From NCBI GenBank assembly GCA_963727525.1, contig CAVSGO010000007.1, positions 640,001 to 704,000 on the forward strand: 64,000 nucleotides of DNA, given 5' to 3'. The stretch is from an uncultured bacterium. Its GTDB lineage: Bacteria > Krumholzibacteriota > Krumholzibacteriia > LZORAL124-64-63. Both the position numbers and the translations under genes were made by a program. The notes under the pieces were generated by a model, which was not told the DNA's origin, did not search any database, and was given only the letters and a program-made list of their open reading frames with translations. Position 1 is the first letter of the stretch. Every line of letters begins with the position of its first letter. This document shows, piece by piece, positions 48,045 to 56,748 of the stretch.

Positions 48045-49826
48045 GTGGCGTACGATACCTCGCAACCGTTGCGTGGACGCCTTCTGCGGGGGGTGGTGAT
48101 CCTGCTCTTCGCCATCCTGACGGTGAATCTCGTCGGACTGATGGTGATGCGCCATCGCCACTACACGGCGCAGGCGCTGGAGAACCGGCAAGTGCGCTTC
48201 CGTGTGCGCGCCCCGCGTGGCCGCATCACGGATCGCCATGGCCGGCCGCTCGCCGACAATCGATTCGTGGCCGACATCACCATTCCGGCGAGCTGCCTCG
48301 TCGAGAATCAACCCGATTCCACGCTCTCGCGCTTGATCACGTGGTTCGACCTGCCCGAGGATACCACGCTGGCCGAGCTGGCCGCGCAGAAGGCCCGGGG
48401 CCGTCGACGCCTCGTCCTGGTCGCCGACGCGGACATGCAGCGCATCGTCGCCGTGGAGGAGCGGCGGTCGCAACTACGCGGCGTGCAGGTGGATTCGCGG
48501 CTCAGCCGGCGCTATCTCCAGGGCGCCCTCTTCGCGCACGTGATTGGCTACGTCGGAGAAGTCGACCAGTCCGACATCGACGCCGCGTCGGCCGACCTCG
48601 ACTACCGTCTGCGGGACGTCATCGGCAAGCAGGGGGTGGAAGCCGCGTTCGAGTCGGCGCTGCGCGGCATGCCGGGGCTGAAGCTGGAGGAGGTGAACGC
48701 GTCGGGCCGCATCGTCGGCCGCCAGTCGGTCTGGTTGCAACCGGTGGTGCCCGGACGCGATGTGGCGCTGACGCTGTCGCTACCGCTGCAGCAGGAGATG
48801 GATCGCCTGCTGGCTGGTCGGCGCGGCTGTGGTGTCGCCGTGGCGGTCCCCTCGGGCGAGGTGCTGGCCGCCGTGAGCTCGCCGTCCTTCGACCCCAACC
48901 AGCTCATGGGCAGCCTCTCGACGGCGGAATGGCGCGGGCTGAGCGAGGACCCGGCCAAACCGTTCTTCAACCGCATCGTCCAGGCTACTTATCCGCCAGG
49001 CTCGCTTTACAAGCCGATCACGGCACTGGCCGGCCTGAAAGCCGCCGTCATCGACACGGGCACGTATCTCGATCCATGCTACGGCGGCTACCGCTTCGGC
49101 AATCGCACTTTCCGCTGCTGGCGCGCGGCTGGCCACGGTAGCCTGAGCCTCACGGGTGCGCTCGCGCACTCGTGCGACGTCTACTTCTACCAGGTGGGGC
49201 TGAAGCTCGACATCGACACGCTGGCGTCCGCGGCGCGAGCATTCGGGCTGGGCTCGCCTTGCTCGGGCATCTTCCCCGAGGAGGTGAGTGGGAACGTGCC
49301 GACGACAGCGTGGTATGATCAGCGATATGGCCGCGGCGGTTGGAGCCGCGGCGTACTGCTGAACAACGCCATCGGGCAGGGCGAGATCCTGGTCACACCA
49401 CTGCAAGTGGCCATGCTGTCGGCGCGCCTCGCGGCAGGCGGACGGGTGCCTTCGCCGACGTTCGTGTACGGTCAGACACCCCGGGACGGGCCGACGACGC
49501 TGCCGTTCACCGCGAGCCATCTCGCCTGGTGCCGGCGCGCGCTGCGCGCCGTCGTGGACGACGGGACCGGCGGGGCGGCGCAGCAGGCGGGTGTCTCGGT
49601 GGCCGGCAAGACCGGTACTGCTCAGAATCCGCACGGTGAGGACCACGCGTGGTTCATGTGCTACGCGCCGGCGAATGCGCCCGAGGTGGCCGTGGCGGTG
49701 GTGCTGGAGAATGCAGGCCATGGCGGATCACAGGCGGCGCCGGTGGCAGGGGCGTGGTTGAAGTACTATCTCGAGCATCGCGACGAGGTGATGCCCGACC
49801 TCGACCTGGCCGGAGAGATGCCGTGA
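48045..49826 (+). CDS. mrdA: Penicillin-binding protein 2
   Basis: APRGRITDR, SxxK in YPPGSLYKP, SCDVYFY, KTGTAQ. Confidence 0.95.
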   Translation: MAYDTSQPLRGRLLRGVVILLFAILTVNLVGLMVMRHRHYTAQALENRQVRFRVRAPRGRITDRHGRPLADNRFVADITIPASCLVENQPDSTLSRLITWFDLPEDTTLAELAAQKARGRRRLVLVADADMQRIVAVEERRSQLRGVQVDSRLSRRYLQGALFAHVIGYVGEVDQSDIDAASADLDYRLRDVIGKQGVEAAFESALRGMPGLKLEEVNASGRIVGRQSVWLQPVVPGRDVALTLSLPLQQEMDRLLAGRRGCGVAVAVPSGEVLAAVSSPSFDPNQLMGSLSTAEWRGLSEDPAKPFFNRIVQATYPPGSLYKPITALAGLKAAVIDTGTYLDPCYGGYRFGNRTFRCWRAAGHGSLSLTGALAHSCDVYFYQVGLKLDIDTLASAARAFGLGSPCSGIFPEEVSGNVPTTAWYDQRYGRGGWSRGVLLNNAIGQGEILVTPLQVAMLSARLAAGGRVPSPTFVYGQTPRDGPTTLPFTASHLAWCRRALRAVVDDGTGGAAQQAGVSVAGKTGTAQNPHGEDHAWFMCYAPANAPEVAVAVVLENAGHGGSQAAPVAGAWLKYYLEHRDEVMPDLDLAGEMP

Positions 49827-51094
49827 ACTTCCTCAATGCGCTGCTGCCGCCCGGAGATCGCAAGATCGTGCTGGTCTACGTGCTGCTGCTGCTCACGAGC
49901 CTGGCGATCCTGTGGTCGGTGACCGAGCCGATCGTGGGTCCGTACGAGGTGACGAAGGCCGACGTGGCCAAGGGCATCTTCTGGCGGCAGGTGGTGTGGA
50001 TCGTCGTGTGCTGGATCGCGCTCTGGAGTGTCGCTCGCGTGCCTCTGCGCCACGTGGAAAATGTCGCCTGGCCCGCCTATCTCTTCGTGCTGCTCCTGCT
50101 GGTGGTGGTGATGCTGGTAGCCCCGCAGGTGTCGGGGGCGCGACGCTGGCTGCCGCTGGGGCCGGCGCGATTGCAACCATCGGAGTTTGCCAAGGTCACA
50201 CTGATCGTGCTGCTTGCGAGTGTGCTGGCGCGCCAGGTGGATGCCCGACGCCAGCTCCTGGTGACAGCATTCTCGCTGGTGCTGCTGCTGGTACCCTTCG
50301 TGATGATCCTGCGCGAGCCGGATCTCGGCACGAGTCTGGTGCTGCCCGCGATCTGGCTGGGGATGATCTTCTGGTTCGGAATCTCGGGCGTGTTCCTGCT
50401 CACCTCGGGCAGCGTGGCGATCAGCGCGGTGTTCATGTTCTACTCGGAATCCGTAGCTGCGCAGGTGTGGCCGTGGGCCATCTACCTGATGCTGCTGATG
50501 GCGGTGCTCTACCTTTCGCGGCTGCCGATGGTCACCAGTGTGTTCATCCTGCTGCTGAACATCGTCAGCGGGATCGGTATTCCCGTGGTCTGGGATCACC
50601 TTCAACCGTACCAGCAGGCCCGTATCCTCACCTTCTTCGACCCCACGCGCGACGCCACCGGCACCGGCTACCAGGCCATCCAGTCGAAGGTGGCGATCGG
50701 CTCGGGCGGGCTGTTCGGGACCCACTATCTCCAAGGGACGCAGAAAGGGCTCGCCTTCCTGCCGGAGCGGCACACGGACTTCATCTTCTCGGTGGTGGGG
50801 GAGGAACTCGGGCTCGTCGGCGCCCTGTTCCTGCTCGCGCTCTTCCTGGTGCTCATCCTGCAGGCGATCCAGCTCGCCACGACCACCCGGCGTCCGTTCG
50901 CCAGCCTCCTCGCGGTGGGCATCGCCAGCTACTTCACGTTCCACGTGGTCGTGAACGTGGCCATCACCACCGGCTTGATGCCTGTCACCGGTCTGCCGCT
51001 GCCGCTGATCAGCTATGGCGGGTCGAACCTCCTGGTCTCCTCGATCCTGGTGGGCCTGCTGCTGAATGTCAGCGCGCACCAGTACGAGGGCTGA
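49823..51094 (+). CDS. rodA: Rod shape-determining protein RodA (SEDS)
   Basis: GARRW, QPSEFAK, EPDLGT, QSKVAIGSGG, FLPERHTDFIFS, PLISYGGS. Confidence 0.95.
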   Translation: MNFLNALLPPGDRKIVLVYVLLLLTSLAILWSVTEPIVGPYEVTKADVAKGIFWRQVVWIVVCWIALWSVARVPLRHVENVAWPAYLFVLLLLVVVMLVAPQVSGARRWLPLGPARLQPSEFAKVTLIVLLASVLARQVDARRQLLVTAFSLVLLLVPFVMILREPDLGTSLVLPAIWLGMIFWFGISGVFLLTSGSVAISAVFMFYSESVAAQVWPWAIYLMLLMAVLYLSRLPMVTSVFILLLNIVSGIGIPVVWDHLQPYQQARILTFFDPTRDATGTGYQAIQSKVAIGSGGLFGTHYLQGTQKGLAFLPERHTDFIFSVVGEELGLVGALFLLALFLVLILQAIQLATTTRRPFASLLAVGIASYFTFHVVVNVAITTGLMPVTGLPLPLISYGGSNLLVSSILVGLLLNVSAHQYEG

Positions 51095-51105
51095 AAGGAG
51101 CCACC

Positions 51106-51861
51106 GTGCATCCCGTGCTGCTGGGGCCGATCAAGAGCTACGGATTCATGCTGGCGCTCAGCTTCCTCCTGGGCATGCTGCTCAGCTTGCGCCGCGGGCG
51201 AGCGCGCGGGATCAAGGGCGAGGACGTCTACGACCTGGTGTTCCTCATCCTGGTGTCCAGCCTCGTGGGCGTGCGCGTCGTCTATGTCGTGACCCATCTG
51301 GACCAGTTCCACCCCTGGACCCGGGCTTTCGCCATCTGGGACGGCGGACTCACGCTCTACGGCGGCATCCTGCTGGCGATCCCGGCCACGTGGTGGTTCT
51401 GCCGGCGGCGGGGCCTCGAATTTCTCGTGATCGCCGATGCCCTGGCTCCGGGTGTGATGCTCGGCATCGGCATCACGCGCATCGGTTGCTTCATGGCCGG
51501 GTGCTGCTATGGTCGTCCCTGTTCCCTGCCATGGGCCGTGCACTTCCCGGCGAGCGCACCGGCGACGCAGCAGTACGGTGCGCTGGCCGTGCATCCGTCG
51601 CAGCTCTACGCGTCGTTCGGCGGCTTCCTGATCTTTGCGGTGTTGCTGCTCTGGGACCGCCGTCCGTCGCCCCGTGGCGCCACCTTCTGGCGCTTCCTGC
51701 TGCTCTATGGCGTCGACCGCTTCCTCAACGATTTCACGCGCTATTACGAACCGACGCAACGGCTGTGGCCGGGGTGGAGCAACAACCAGTGGCTCAGTCT
51801 CCTTCTGGCCCTGGCGGCCCTCGTCATGCTGCTACGGTTGCCCCGGCCGCGCGCGTCGTAG
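51106..51861 (+). CDS. lgt: Prolipoprotein diacylglyceryl transferase
   Basis: SYG.M, IWDGGLTLYGG, RIGCFMAGCCYG, HPSQLY. AAGGAG RBS with GTG start. Confidence 0.93.
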   Translation: MHPVLLGPIKSYGFMLALSFLLGMLLSLRRGRARGIKGEDVYDLVFLILVSSLVGVRVVYVVTHLDQFHPWTRAFAIWDGGLTLYGGILLAIPATWWFCRRRGLEFLVIADALAPGVMLGIGITRIGCFMAGCCYGRPCSLPWAVHFPASAPATQQYGALAVHPSQLYASFGGFLIFAVLLLWDRRPSPRGATFWRFLLLYGVDRFLNDFTRYYEPTQRLWPGWSNNQWLSLLLALAALVMLLRLPRPRAS

Positions 51862-51936
51862 ACGCGCCCTGGACCTCGCCTCCCGGACATCGGCCCGATC
51901 GGCCGGCCGGTCGCGTGGCGACCGGGGTCGCGACCC

Positions 51937-52692
51937 ATGACGTGGTGGACCACGATCATCGGCACCGCACTCGATCTGGTGTATCCCGAGCACTGCCTCG
52001 TCTGCGGTGCCGCCCGTGACGGGCGCGCGTGGACGGCAGCCGGCGCGCGGGTACGCGGACTGGCGCGATGGGATGCCACGCACCTCTGCGCCGGATGCGC
52101 CAAGGATCTCGCGGCGCCGCCGCGGTGGGGCGCAGTCGACGCGGTGCCCGTGGTCGCGGCGCAGCCGGAGGGTGCCACGCTCGTGGCCCTCGTGGGCGCG
52201 TGCAAGTACCGGGGATTGCGCGGCGTCGCCTGGCCGCTCGGACGCTTGCTGGGGCCGGCGGCGCAGGCGGCACGCGCGCGGTATGGCGACGTCGACGCCC
52301 TCGTGCCGGTGCCTCTGCACCCGCGACGGCAACGCGAGCGCGGCTTCAATCAGGCGGCATTGCTAGCCGGGGTCGTCGCGGTCGAACTGGGTCTGCGCGT
52401 GGACGCCCATGTCCTGGCGCGCCGGCGCGCCACCGGCCAGCAGGCGAGCTTGCCGACGGAGGGTTCGGCGCGCGACGCGAACGTCGCCGGCGTGTTCGTG
52501 GCGCGTGAAGTGGGCGACGCCCGGGTGGCGCTGGTCGATGATCTCGTGACCACCGGGGCCACCTGGCGCGCGGCGCGCGATGCACTCGCGGACGCCGGCT
52601 GGACGGTGGCCTGGGGGCTCGCCCTGGGCCTGGCGGCGCGTCTGGACGCGGCGGAACCGGCCAGCCTTGACACGCCTGAAGCTCATTCGTAG
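51937..52692 (+). CDS. comF: ComF family phosphoribosyltransferase-like protein
   Basis: YP..C..C zinc ribbon, VPVPLH..R..ERGFNQA, LVDDLVTTGAT. Confidence 0.88.
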   Translation: MTWWTTIIGTALDLVYPEHCLVCGAARDGRAWTAAGARVRGLARWDATHLCAGCAKDLAAPPRWGAVDAVPVVAAQPEGATLVALVGACKYRGLRGVAWPLGRLLGPAAQAARARYGDVDALVPVPLHPRRQRERGFNQAALLAGVVAVELGLRVDAHVLARRRATGQQASLPTEGSARDANVAGVFVAREVGDARVALVDDLVTTGATWRAARDALADAGWTVAWGLALGLAARLDAAEPASLDTPEAHS

Positions 52693-52695
52693 TAT
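52667..52695 (+). promoter_or_regulatory. Sigma70 promoter of pgk
   Basis: TTGACA-17 nt-TAGTAT overlapping the comF stop. Confidence 0.65.
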
Positions 52696-52787
52696 CCGGC
52701 CACATTGACTTGTGAAGGAATGATTTAGCCTCTATCGATTTCTGGGGGCGATCCCGGACGAGGCGTGCGCGAAAAGGAGCCGTGACG

Positions 52788-53984
52788 ATGAAGAAGCTGA
52801 GTATCGAGCAGCTCGACGCGAAGGGGATCCGCGTGCTGATGCGCGTCGACTTCAACGTCCCTCTCGACAAGGATGGTCGCATCACCGACGACACGCGCAT
52901 CCGGGCTGCGCTGCCGTCGATCGAGCGCATCATCGCCGGGGGCGGCAGCGTGATCCTGATGAGCCACCTCGGGCGGCCGAAGGGCGAGATCAAGCCCGAG
53001 TACTCGCTGCGCCCGGCGGCCGACCGCCTCGCGCAGCTCGTGTCGGCGCCGGTGAAGTTCGCATCCGACACGGTGGGACCCGACGCCACGGCCAAGGCCG
53101 AAGCGCTGGCTGCCGGTGAGATCCTGGTGCTGGAGAACCTGCGCTTCAATGCGGGCGAGACCAGGAACGACGCCGGTTTCGCGCGGGCTCTCGCAGCCCT
53201 CGGCGATGCCTACGTCAATGATGCCTTCGGCACCGCTCACCGCGCCCATGCCTCCACTGTCGGCGTGGCCGGGGCGTTTCCCCTCGCCTATGCCGGCCTG
53301 CTGATGCAGAAGGAGCTCGACCACCTTGGCGGCATGCTCGAGAACCCGGCGCGGCCGTTCGTCGCTGTGCTTGGCGGAGCCAAGGTGGACAGCAAGGTCG
53401 ATGTCATCCGCAACTTGCTCGATCGGGTCGACACCCTGTTGCTCGGCGGTGGCATGATCTTCACCTTCTTCGAGTGCATGGGGCTGAGCATCGGCGAGAG
53501 CCTGCTCGACGCGGACAGTGTCCCGGTGGCAAAGGAGATCCTCGACAAGTCGAGGAGCGGCCGGGCCAAGCTCGTCCTGCCGACGGACGTCGTCGTGTCC
53601 ACCGACTTCAGCGAGCATGGTCAGCGCAAGACCGTGCTCGTGACCGACATCCCCGACGGGTGGCAGGGGCTCGACATCGGACCTGATACCATCACGCGAT
53701 TCAGCGCGGTGATCGGCGGGGCGCGCGCGATCTTCTGGAACGGCCCGATGGGAGTCTTCGAGATCCCGGCCTTCGCGGCCGGCACCCGAGCCATGGGCGA
53801 GGCCATCGCGCAGGCCACGGGTGCGGGGGCGACGAGTGTGGTGGGGGGCGGCGATAGTGTCGCGGCCCTGAACCAGCTCGGTCTGGCCGACCGCATCAGC
53901 CATGTGTCCACCGGGGGTGGCGCCTCCCTCGAGTTCATGGCGGGGGACACCCTGCCCGGCGTAACCGCGCTCACTGACGCCTGA
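52788..53984 (+). CDS. pgk: Phosphoglycerate kinase
   Basis: RVDFNVP, SHLGRPKG, LENLRF, NDAFGTAHRAHAS, WNGPMGVFE, STGGGASLE. Confidence 0.98.
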   Translation: MKKLSIEQLDAKGIRVLMRVDFNVPLDKDGRITDDTRIRAALPSIERIIAGGGSVILMSHLGRPKGEIKPEYSLRPAADRLAQLVSAPVKFASDTVGPDATAKAEALAAGEILVLENLRFNAGETRNDAGFARALAALGDAYVNDAFGTAHRAHASTVGVAGAFPLAYAGLLMQKELDHLGGMLENPARPFVAVLGGAKVDSKVDVIRNLLDRVDTLLLGGGMIFTFFECMGLSIGESLLDADSVPVAKEILDKSRSGRAKLVLPTDVVVSTDFSEHGQRKTVLVTDIPDGWQGLDIGPDTITRFSAVIGGARAIFWNGPMGVFEIPAFAAGTRAMGEAIAQATGAGATSVVGGGDSVAALNQLGLADRISHVSTGGGASLEFMAGDTLPGVTALTDA

Positions 53985-53999
53985 TCCGGGCGCGGTCAG

Positions 54000-54029
54000 T
54001 TGACAACGGGGCGCCGGACGTATTAGATT
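54000..54029 (+). promoter_or_regulatory. Sigma70 promoter of secG-tRNA-Leu
   Basis: TTGACA-18 nt-TAGATT. Confidence 0.55.
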
Positions 54030-54105
54030 GCTAGCCCTTCGACCGCTAGACCCGGCCTATCCGGGGGCGGCGTGGGTTTTGTTGTGTCAGGCGCAGGAGA
54101 TTCGC

Positions 54106-54504
54106 ATGTATACGCTACTCGTCATCGTCCACGTGATCGTCAGTCTGGTGCTGTGCGTCGTCGTCCTGCTCCAGTCGAGCAAGGGTGGCGGTCTGGCCGG
54201 AGCCTTCGGGGGGGCCGGCGGTGCGCCCCAGCAGATCCTCGGCTCGCGGGGCATGACCACGCTGCTGCACAAGCTCACGATCTATTGCGGCATCGGGTTC
54301 ATGGTGACCTCGCTCTCGCTCTTCATCCTCGGAGGGCACGCGACAAGCCAGTCTGGCGGCGTGCTCAACGAGCGGGTGCGCAAGGGCGAGATGGCGCCGG
54401 AGCAGACGATGCCCGCGCCTTCCGATCAGCAACTCCCGCCACCGCCGGCCACCGGCAACGGTCAGCCGCAGGAGACTCCGGCGCAAGGCGGCGGAGGTCA
54501 GTAG
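54106..54504 (+). CDS. secG: Preprotein translocase subunit SecG
   Basis: VVLLQSSKGGGLAGAFGG, two TM helices, L.K.T. AGGAG RBS. Confidence 0.93.
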   Translation: MYTLLVIVHVIVSLVLCVVVLLQSSKGGGLAGAFGGAGGAPQQILGSRGMTTLLHKLTIYCGIGFMVTSLSLFILGGHATSQSGGVLNERVRKGEMAPEQTMPAPSDQQLPPPPATGNGQPQETPAQGGGGQ

Positions 54505-54513
54505 AGATGTCGG

Positions 54514-54599
54514 GCCCGGGTGGTGGAATTGGTAGACACGCTATCTTGAGGGGGTAGTGGCCACAAGCCGTGCGGGTTCGAATCCCGCCCCGGGCACCA
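54514..54599 (+). tRNA. tRNA-Leu (anticodon GAG)
   Basis: GCCCGGG/CCCGGGC acceptor stem, D-arm TGGTAGAC, anticodon arm CTATC-TTGAGGG-GGTAG, long variable arm, GTTCGAATCC, encoded CCA. Confidence 0.97.
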
Positions 54600-54607
54600 C
54601 GCACATG

Positions 54608-54644
54608 ACGAGCCCTCGACCGCATGGTCGGGGGCTCGTTTCAT
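54608..54644 (+). terminator. Terminator hairpin after tRNA-Leu
   Basis: ACGAGCCCTCGACC-gcat-GGTCGGGGGCTCGT followed by TTCAT. Confidence 0.7.
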
Positions 54645-54775
54645 GGGTGACTGTGGAGTGCGCGCACCATCGCGCGACACCCGGATGACGCGTCGTCGAC
54701 GTCGCGACCATTTCAGGAGGCGTGCCGGGTCGGTCGGGGCCGCGCAGAATTCAACACGAATATGAGAAAAATTTG

Positions 54776-54805
54776 TTGACACTCTTCGCAACTGTTCGAA
54801 ATAAT
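54776..54805 (+). promoter_or_regulatory. Sigma70 promoter of the histone-like gene, with AT-rich UP-like region
   Basis: TTGACA-18 nt-AATAAT preceded by AATATGAGAAAAATTTG. Confidence 0.6.
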
Positions 54806-54935
54806 GCGGGAGCTTTCGTGCGATCCGCAAATGTACGGAAGATGTATAGCTCGCGCGACGGGACCTAAAGGTGCAGGGACCACGGGCGAGCAACAGGATC
54901 AACACAAGTGAGGTCCAAGGATGGAGGAGAGAACC

Positions 54936-55370
54936 ATGGCTGCTGCCACGGCAATGAAGAAGACGGCGAAGAAGGCCGCCAAGAAGAAGGCGACCAAGAA
55001 GAAGGCGACCAAGAAGAAGGCCACGAAGAAGAAGGTCACCAAGAAGGCCGCCAAGAAGAAGGCCACGAAGAAGAAGGCCACCAAGAAGAAGGCCACGAAG
55101 AAGAAGGTCACCAAGAAGGCCGCCAAGAAGAAGGCCACCAAGAAGCGGGCCGCGAAGAAGAAGGCGACCAAGAAGAAGGCGACCAAGAAGAAGGCGACCA
55201 AGAAGAAGGCGACCAAGAAGAAGGCCACCAAGAAGAAGGCCACGAAGAAGAAGGCCACCAAGAAGAAGGCCACCAAGAAGGCGGCGAAGAAGAAGGCCAC
55301 CAAGAAGAAGGCGACGAAGAAGGCCGCGAAGCGGCGCGTCGTGCGCAAGAAGACGGCCAAGATGGCCTAA
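54936..55370 (+). CDS. Histone H1-like Lys/Ala/Thr repeat nucleoid protein
   Basis: 144 aa made of KKK[AV]T and KKAA repeats with no acidic residues. GGAGGA RBS, synonymous variation among repeats, own promoter and terminator. Confidence 0.85.
   Translation: MAAATAMKKTAKKAAKKKATKKKATKKKATKKKVTKKAAKKKATKKKATKKKATKKKVTKKAAKKKATKKRAAKKKATKKKATKKKATKKKATKKKATKKKATKKKATKKKATKKAAKKKATKKKATKKAAKRRVVRKKTAKMA
54969..55328 (+). repeat. Coding tandem repeat, 15-bp unit AAGAAGAAGGCSACS
   Basis: About 19 KKK[AV]T units, including a duplicated 24-codon block. Confidence 0.95.
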
Positions 55371-55415
55371 GCCAAAGGGGGAGCCGACCCTTGCGGGGGC
55401 CGGTTTCCTGCCGCG

Positions 55416-55450
55416 AAAGCCGCCCGACGCAAGCCGGGCGGCTTTTTTAT
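55416..55450 (+). terminator. Intrinsic terminator of the histone-like gene
   Basis: AAAGCCGCCCG-loop-CGGGCGGC-TTTTTT. Confidence 0.85.
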
Positions 55451-55466
55451 GCCCCGAGCCGGGCCG

Positions 55467-55496
55467 AAAAAAGCCCCCGACCGGCAGGTCGGGGGC
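55467..55496 (-). terminator. Intrinsic terminator of the convergent barrel gene
   Basis: GCCCCCGACC-loop-GGTCGGGGGC with a T6 tract on the minus strand. Confidence 0.85.
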
Positions 55497-55521
55497 GCTG
55501 CGGCGAGGCTGCGATGGCGCG

Positions 55522-56370
55522 TTAGTGGCGGACGTGGTGTGATCGGGACTTCACGTCCTCGGCGTGGGCATGGCGGACGGCGGGCGGCAGGACGTCCACG
55601 AAGTACGTCAGACCGATCTGCGCGTCGACGTAGGTCAGCCGCGTGTTGTACTGGAGCTCGGACCGGTTCATGGCGAACGTGGTCGTGTTGAGACGACCGA
55701 AGATGCCGACGTTGCCGGCCAAGGGGCGCTCGAGTCCCAGGGAGGCGGCTAGGTAGAGTTCGCCGCGGTCCTTGATGTTCGTGAATCGGTTGATGATGCC
55801 GCCGAACCCCAATCCGATGGATGGGTGGATTCCCAGGACACGGAATTGCCCCAACTCGTAGTTGAGCGTCAGGCTTGCCCTGTAGATCGTGACGTTCGGG
55901 TCGCGGTCGATCTCCTCGGTGAACGGATGGTCGGGATCGTCCGGGTTCTTGTTGACCATCGTCAGGATCGCCTGGCTGCTGGCGTAGGAGGCGGCGAGGT
56001 CGATGTGGACGTCGTCGTTCAGCCAGGTGCCGAGCTTCATGCCGAAGCCGGTGCCGGTATCGAGCTTCTTGACCGGGCCGTCATAAATGTCGCGGTCGTA
56101 GACGAGATTTTCGCCGTCGAACCCGAGGATGTCGTCGCTGCCCGCGGACACGTAGGTCCGGTCGCCGCGGACCGGCAGGTTCAGGTATTCCGCGCCGCTG
56201 AACCAGCCGCCGAAGATCGAGATCGTGTAGGCCTTGACCATGAAGTCGTCATACTCCATGTCGAGCTGCGGCGCGGTCTCCGTATCCTCCGTGGGATCCT
56301 GCGCGCGCGCGGGACTCGCGGGGGAGACGGCGAGCAGGCAGAGCAGAGCCAGAGTCAACCTCGATACCAT
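55522..56370 (-). CDS. Exported protein, probable small outer-membrane beta-barrel
   Basis: Signal peptide ending ARA-Q; alternating strands (FGMKLG, PSIGLGFGG, AQIGLTYF). Confidence 0.65.
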   Translation of the reverse strand: MVSRLTLALLCLLAVSPASPARAQDPTEDTETAPQLDMEYDDFMVKAYTISIFGGWFSGAEYLNLPVRGDRTYVSAGSDDILGFDGENLVYDRDIYDGPVKKLDTGTGFGMKLGTWLNDDVHIDLAASYASSQAILTMVNKNPDDPDHPFTEEIDRDPNVTIYRASLTLNYELGQFRVLGIHPSIGLGFGGIINRFTNIKDRGELYLAASLGLERPLAGNVGIFGRLNTTTFAMNRSELQYNTRLTYVDAQIGLTYFVDVLPPAVRHAHAEDVKSRSHHVRH

Positions 56371-56599
56371 GAAAAAACACCTCGACAGATCTCGCGGTTC
56401 GGGGTCGCGGCGGCAGGCCGAGCGACCGTCATGAAGGGTGCCTCGGCCGCGCCGACCACGCGACAGGGCAACGCCTAACGGTAACGTGCCCACCAGGGGG
56501 TGTCCAGGCTTTTCGCCCGGCTAAACCCATGGAATAAGAATAGGTAACCGGGCCGATCCGCACAAGCACAGGGCGGCACGAAGGTCACGGCAGGCTGTG

Positions 56600-56628
56600 T
56601 TGACAGTCTCCTGGCTGCGGACTACTAT
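56600..56628 (+). promoter_or_regulatory. Sigma70 promoter of the EF-G paralogue-yebC unit
   Basis: TTGACA-17 nt-TACTAT. Confidence 0.7.
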
Positions 56629-56748
56629 TGATCTTCGCGCGAAAATCGGCCATCCGCCCCGCTACCAAGGAGATCCGGTCGTCGCCGGCGGGGCGGCTCG
56701 TGACGCCAGCCAGCGGGAGCGACCGCCTGCCGCTCGGGAGGACGATCC

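Noticed and set aside
54969-55328. CRISPR array
   Set aside because: Contiguous 15-bp coding repeats with no unique spacers, and no cas genes.
54899-55525. Antisense FFLVA-repeat ORF and alternative-frame EEGHQ-repeat ORF
   Set aside because: These are shadows of the 15-bp repeat. The RBS, third-position variation and terminator position support the Lys-rich frame.
56455-56556. c-di-GMP-I riboswitch-like fragments (ACAGGGCAA...CCGGCTAAAC...TAGGTA)
   Set aside because: The central GACGCAAAGC element is missing, and the segment lies upstream of the predicted promoter at 56600, so it would not be in that leader. An Rfam scan would settle it.
54514-56600. Genomic island integrated at tRNA-Leu
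   Set aside because: No integrase and no duplicated tRNA 3' end seen; downstream genes look native.
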